Shown in pieces: positions 38,679 through 42,506 of a stretch of 42,506 nt of DNA. The first letter of the stretch is position 1; each line of letters begins with the position of its first letter. The notes below the pieces were generated by a model. That model was given only the letters and a program-made list of their open reading frames with translations, had not been told where the DNA came from and made no database searches. Source of the stretch: Deltaproteobacteria bacterium (lineage in GTDB: Bacteria > CG2-30-53-67); NCBI GenBank assembly GCA_013151235.1, contig JAADIO010000042.1, positions 1-42,506 on the forward strand, in the 5' to 3' direction. Position numbers and translations under genes: made by a program.

Positions 38679-39290
38679 TCATGACAGGGCGGCTTTCAAT
38701 ATGCGATGGATCTCTTCACAGAGAACGACGATATCTTCCGTGGAGAGATACTCGGGAATGGTTGCGTCAAAGAGAAGGTTCAGGTCGGGAGGGATTCCTT
38801 CTTCTCCTCGGTAATAGATGTACTGAACCGTTACACGGGGCAACGGATGTAGAAGGAAAGAAAGATCCCCCTCGGCTGTTTTGGTGCCGCCCAATGTTTC
38901 CACGGCAGCAATCAGCTTGTCCTGATTTGCATCGAAAAGCCTGAGTATCGGAAAGATAACCCGTCCCCGGAAGGGTTGAAAATAGAGCGCCCCCTGGGGA
39001 ACCTCTTTAAAAGAGATCCTTCTTCCGTCGAGGGGTATTCCGCCGGCCTGTAACAGGTAGTGCAGGATCAGGATCGCCAGACGGATTCCCGCCGGTTCAT
39101 CGTCGAGATAAACTTCCCGTCCCTTCGTTTTTACAAGAATCTTTCTGTTCAGGAAATGAGTCTCCAGTGTCCCGTCTGCGTGCAATGCGGCACCGCTTCG
39201 GTCGGAAATTGCCTGCAGATCCTCTTTGAGGAGGGCATCGACGGCATTGTTGTACGCGGCTTGCAGTGCCTTTTCGTAGTTGGTCTTCAT
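38679..39290 (-). CDS. DUF3786-like protein
   Basis: ILILHYLL, ISFKEVP.G..Y..F, PLPRV and EG.PP..NLLFD...YLSTEDI. Start placed at MKTNY; the ORF extends to 39341. Confidence 0.72.
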   Translation of the reverse strand: MKTNYEKALQAAYNNAVDALLKEDLQAISDRSGAALHADGTLETHFLNRKILVKTKGREVYLDDEPAGIRLAILILHYLLQAGGIPLDGRRISFKEVPQGALYFQPFRGRVIFPILRLFDANQDKLIAAVETLGGTKTAEGDLSFLLHPLPRVTVQYIYYRGEEGIPPDLNLLFDATIPEYLSTEDIVVLCEEIHRILKAALS

Positions 39291-39385
39291 CGATTGACTG
39301 TACTTCCATGTAAGAGTCGGGTTTTTTGTTTGCATGTTCAAAATAATTCATTTTAGCAGAATCGGTTGGACGCAGACAACCAAAA

Positions 39386-39414
39386 TTGACATCGGTCCGA
39401 TTATGGTCTACCCT
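39386..39414 (+). promoter_or_regulatory. Putative sigma70 promoter of the HDAC-family gene
   Basis: TTGACA-17 bp-TACCCT. Confidence 0.5.
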
Positions 39415-39452
39415 CAACGGAAAATGATTCAATGCTTTTCGGGGGAGGAGCG

Positions 39453-40385
39453 ATGAACAAGACCGGCCTGATCATTTCAGGGTACCATCATGACACGGGG
39501 GTTCATCCGGAACGTGCGGAGAGACTTCGTGCCGTTGAAGAGGTCTGCCGTTCCGATGATATTGCACCCCGCCTGCTCCGGTTGGAGCCCAGGGCTGCCA
39601 CGGTAGGCGAGCTGGCCCGGGTCCATGATCGTGATTATATCTTGCAGGTGGAAGAGGCATGCAAAGGAGGGATCCATGCCCTCGATGCGGACACGATGAT
39701 CTCAAGCGCTTCTTATGAAGAGGCCTGCCGGGCGGCGGGGTCCGGGCTGACGCTCCTCGATGCCATGATGGCGGGACTGGTGCGAAACGGTTTCTGTGCC
39801 GTACGTCCCCCGGGGCATCATGCGGAACACGATCGGGCCATGGGTTTCTGTCTTTTTAATAATGTAGCAGTCACCGCCCGGTATGCTCAGGAGAGGCACG
39901 GCCTGAAGAATATCCTCATTGTCGATTGGGACGTGCATCATGGAAATGGAACGCAGAACAGTTTTTATGCCGATCCCTCGGTCTTCTACTTCAGTATTCA
40001 TCAATATCCCCACTATCCGGGGAGCGGTGCCGACGACCAGCGGGGGAAGGGAGAGGGGGAGGGGAGAACGCTGAATGTTCCTCTCCCGGCCGGGGGAGAT
40101 GACAAGGTCTACCGGGAGTCATTGGTCAACAATCTCATGCCGGAGATTGAGGGATTTGCCCCCGATCTGATTCTGGTTTCAGCCGGTTTTGATGCCCACA
40201 TGGATGATCCCCTTGCCGGGATGAATGTAACCGATGAGGGGTTCGGGTGGATGACGGAGTTTCTGGTCGATCTGGCCGGGGAGCATTGCGGGGGGCGTCT
40301 CCTTTCCTTGCTGGAAGGGGGATACAGTCTTTCCGGGCTCAAAGGGGCGGTGCGAATGCATCTGCGGGCACTGGTGAAAGTGTGA
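39453..40385 (+). CDS. Zn-dependent histone deacetylase-family amidohydrolase
   Basis: HPERAERL, RPPGHHA, GFCLFNN, DWDVHHGNGTQ, SAGFDAH and LEGGY; RBS GGAGGAG. Confidence 0.94.
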   Translation: MNKTGLIISGYHHDTGVHPERAERLRAVEEVCRSDDIAPRLLRLEPRAATVGELARVHDRDYILQVEEACKGGIHALDADTMISSASYEEACRAAGSGLTLLDAMMAGLVRNGFCAVRPPGHHAEHDRAMGFCLFNNVAVTARYAQERHGLKNILIVDWDVHHGNGTQNSFYADPSVFYFSIHQYPHYPGSGADDQRGKGEGEGRTLNVPLPAGGDDKVYRESLVNNLMPEIEGFAPDLILVSAGFDAHMDDPLAGMNVTDEGFGWMTEFLVDLAGEHCGGRLLSLLEGGYSLSGLKGAVRMHLRALVKV

Positions 40386-40599
40386 AGGGGATCAAGGTTT
40401 ATTCCCTTCTTTATCCAAATTTCCGTTGTTATGATTTTGACGTTTTTCTCCTTCCCATTGCAGTATTCTGATGACCGGAGGTCGGCAGGCCTCCTCTTTC
40501 CATAAAAAATCCTTTCGAATCAATCAGTTGCAAAAAAAATGTATTTATTTGAATTTTTTTCGCGACTTTTGGCCTCCTCATGTTACTAATATGGTAAAT

Positions 40600-40695
40600 A
40601 CCCTTTGGGAATCCCCCGGGGAGTGGTTAATGCGATCCCCCTTGCTACGCCGCTCTCCGATCCCCTGTGAAGCCCGCGAAAGCGGGCTTTTTTTT
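40600..40695 (+). ncRNA. Candidate small RNA
   Basis: Stem CGGGGAGTGG/CCGCTCTCCG with a TCCCCC loop, three ATCCCC motifs, its own terminator, and an AT-rich upstream region with an IHF consensus. Confidence 0.4.
40670..40695 (+). terminator. Intrinsic terminator
   Basis: AAGCCCGC-GAAA-GCGGGCTT with a T8 run. Confidence 0.88.
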
Positions 40696-40722
40696 GTTTG
40701 AACCGTTGCGAATAACCGGAGA

Positions 40723-42306
40723 TTAAGCGCTCTGCTGGATCCGGTGTTGCTTGACCGTAGTTGTTTGTTCGGGGAAATCGGTCCGGTAATGGGCACCGAC
40801 GCTTTCTCGGCGTTCCAGGGCGGCCCGGGTGATCAGGGTGGCCACGGTGATCATGTTCTGTAGTTCCAGCCCGTTTTTTTCGTGATAGATTTCTTCAAGA
40901 CAGGGTGTCCAATCCTGCAGACGTTCCACGGCTTCGGAGAGCGATTTCCCGCATCGAATGATGCCGACCCGGTCCCACATCAGTTTCCGTAGCATGCCGC
41001 GAAGTTCATTAAGCTCAGCCGGCGATTCATGGGCGGCAACCGGCCGGTCGGCATAAGGGTTGGCGATCCGGTCCGGGAGCGTATGAATCTGTTCTCCATA
41101 GCGGGCGGCTGCTTTTCCCGCACGAGTCCCGAAGACGATTCCTTCGAGGAGGGAATTGCTGGCCAGACGGTTGGCACCGTGGACCCCGGTGCAGGCGACT
41201 TCCCCGGCGGCGAAGAGGCCCGGAAGATTCGTCGCTCCGTCGAGATCGGTTTCCACACCCCCCATCATATAATGGGCGGCAGGACTGACGGGGATTCGGT
41301 CCCGTGTAATGTCGATCCCGTAGGAGAGACAGGTAGAATAGATCTGCGGGAACCGCCGACGGACAAAGGCAGCATCGAGATGGGTGAGGTCGAGATAGAC
41401 ATGAAAGCTTTTGGTGGAGACCATTTCCGATACAATGGCCCTGCTGACGATATCCCGTGGAGCCAGTTCCCGTTCGGGATGATAATTGCCGACAAATTTC
41501 CGTCCGAAAATATTCAGGAGCTTTGCCCCTTCGCCGCGCATTGCCTCGGAAAGGAGAAATGAAGGCGCTCCCGGAAGATAGAGGGTGGTCGGATGGAACT
41601 GTACAAACTCCATGTCAACCAGTTTGGCTCCGCTCCGGTAGGCCATGGCCATGCCGTCGCCCGTCGCTACCGACGGATTGGAAGTTCGCTGGTAAAGATA
41701 TCCGGACCCTCCGGTGGCCAGCACGGTGGCCTTGGCCGTAATTGCCGAGATCTCTTTCTTCCGTTCGTCAAGAAGGTAGACTCCGTAACAGGCACCGTCG
41801 TGCATCAACAGATCGATGGTGTAGTGGTAATCGAATTTTCGGATATTTCGCAGGGTCTTGACATGGGCCAGCAGGCTGCGGACGACCTCCTTGCCGGTGG
41901 AATCACCATGAGAATGGACGATCCGCCGCTTGCTGTGGGCCGCCTCCCGGGTGAAGGCAAGTTTTGATCCTTCCCGGTCGAAGCGGGCCCCCCAGGCGAT
42001 CAACTCAAGGATATGATCCGGGCCTTCCTCGACCAGGACCCGGACCGCTTCTTCGTTGCAGAGACCTGCGCCGGCGGCGATGGTGTCGTCGAAATGGAAG
42101 GTGATCTCGTCTTCGTCGCTTAAGACAACGGCAATGCCCCCCTGGGCATGGCCGGAACTTCCCGCCGAGGCCTCGTCCTTGGTGAGGACCAGTACTTCTC
42201 CGTATCGGCTCAATTCGATGGCGGCCAGGAGTCCGGCCACACCGCTGCCGATGACGAGGAAATCGGTCGAGGTTACGGGGAGTCTGGATGTCGGGATGTT
42301 TATCAT
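40723..42306 (-). CDS. nadB: L-aspartate oxidase
   Basis: VIGSGVAG, SSGHAQGGIA (no covalent-FAD RSH), REAAHSKRRIVH, LLSEAMRGEG, HGANRLASNSLLEG and RESVGAHYR. Confidence 0.95.
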   Translation of the reverse strand: MINIPTSRLPVTSTDFLVIGSGVAGLLAAIELSRYGEVLVLTKDEASAGSSGHAQGGIAVVLSDEDEITFHFDDTIAAGAGLCNEEAVRVLVEEGPDHILELIAWGARFDREGSKLAFTREAAHSKRRIVHSHGDSTGKEVVRSLLAHVKTLRNIRKFDYHYTIDLLMHDGACYGVYLLDERKKEISAITAKATVLATGGSGYLYQRTSNPSVATGDGMAMAYRSGAKLVDMEFVQFHPTTLYLPGAPSFLLSEAMRGEGAKLLNIFGRKFVGNYHPERELAPRDIVSRAIVSEMVSTKSFHVYLDLTHLDAAFVRRRFPQIYSTCLSYGIDITRDRIPVSPAAHYMMGGVETDLDGATNLPGLFAAGEVACTGVHGANRLASNSLLEGIVFGTRAGKAAARYGEQIHTLPDRIANPYADRPVAAHESPAELNELRGMLRKLMWDRVGIIRCGKSLSEAVERLQDWTPCLEEIYHEKNGLELQNMITVATLITRAALERRESVGAHYRTDFPEQTTTVKQHRIQQSA

Positions 42307-42359
42307 CGGGAATACTCTATTCCATAGACGGCATCAATGTAAATTCTTTTTTCAACCTT

Positions 42360-42506
42360 GATGGTGTCGTAAAAAGTCACGAAGCCCTTCGACCCTTCGA
42401 CCGGCTCAGGACAGGCCCTTCGACCGGCTCAGGACAGGCGTGCTCAGGGCGAACGGTGTAAGTGATTGATATTCCGTTCGTGGTGAGCCTGTCGAACCAT
42501 GAACGG
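42360..42506 (-). mobile_element. MITE-like element, copy C (reverse orientation, cut by window end)
   Basis: TIR GATGGTGTCGTAAAAAGTC; body is the reverse complement of copy B, with two exact 23-bp tandem units CCCTTCGACCGGCTCAGGACAGG (42393-42438). Confidence 0.88.

Noticed and set aside
40567-40585. Sigma54 promoter for the sRNA candidate (TTTTGGCC...)
   Set aside because: There is no GC at the required GG-N10-GC position.
40723-42306. Second sdhA/frdA copy
   Set aside because: It lacks the covalent-FAD His motif and Fe-S partner, and its motifs match NadB.
42501-42506. GAACGG at both the first and last six bases, suggesting circularity
   Set aside because: Only 6 bp and part of the repeat motif; the content is chromosomal housekeeping genes.

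Overview
A 42.5 kb bacterial chromosomal segment made up mostly of housekeeping and central-metabolism genes. The gene set (sigma54 promoter, multiheme cytochrome, korDABC, CFI-box-CTERM protein, DUF3786) suggests a Nitrospirota- or deltaproteobacterial-type organism; this is inference only. Gene order: hybrid histidine kinase with a short porin-like gene, a degraded kinase remnant, di-heme cytochrome c peroxidase, deoxyhypusine-synthase-like (SpeY-type) gene, acs, a stand-alone receiver with a sigma54 promoter, an 11-heme membrane-anchored cytochrome, radC-glnD, glgC-DUF2062-ADC-like-holA, rpsT, S2P-trpS-scpA-scpB-(inverted small gene)-rluB, a MinD/FlhG-like ATPase, fchA-folD, an S8 protease with CFI-box tail, comEA, sdhCDAB-sucCD-korDAB-(578 bp insert)-korC, ndk, DUF3786, an HDAC-family deacylase and nadB. 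No rRNA, tRNA, CRISPR array or transposase was seen. The most unusual signals are non-coding. (1) A three-copy miniature element has terminal inverted repeats and a 6-bp target duplication, and carries two inverted REP-like cores around a perfect IHF consensus; the window starts and ends inside copies of it. (2) A purine-rich triple-repeat array and a multi-stem element split korB from korC. (3) A second hairpin MITE sits in the ndk leader. (4) A candidate C-rich-loop sRNA lies between the HDAC gene and nadB. On the coding side, folD lacks its cyclohydrolase residues and is paired with fchA, as in Clostridium. All product calls come from motif recognition by eye; no searches were run.
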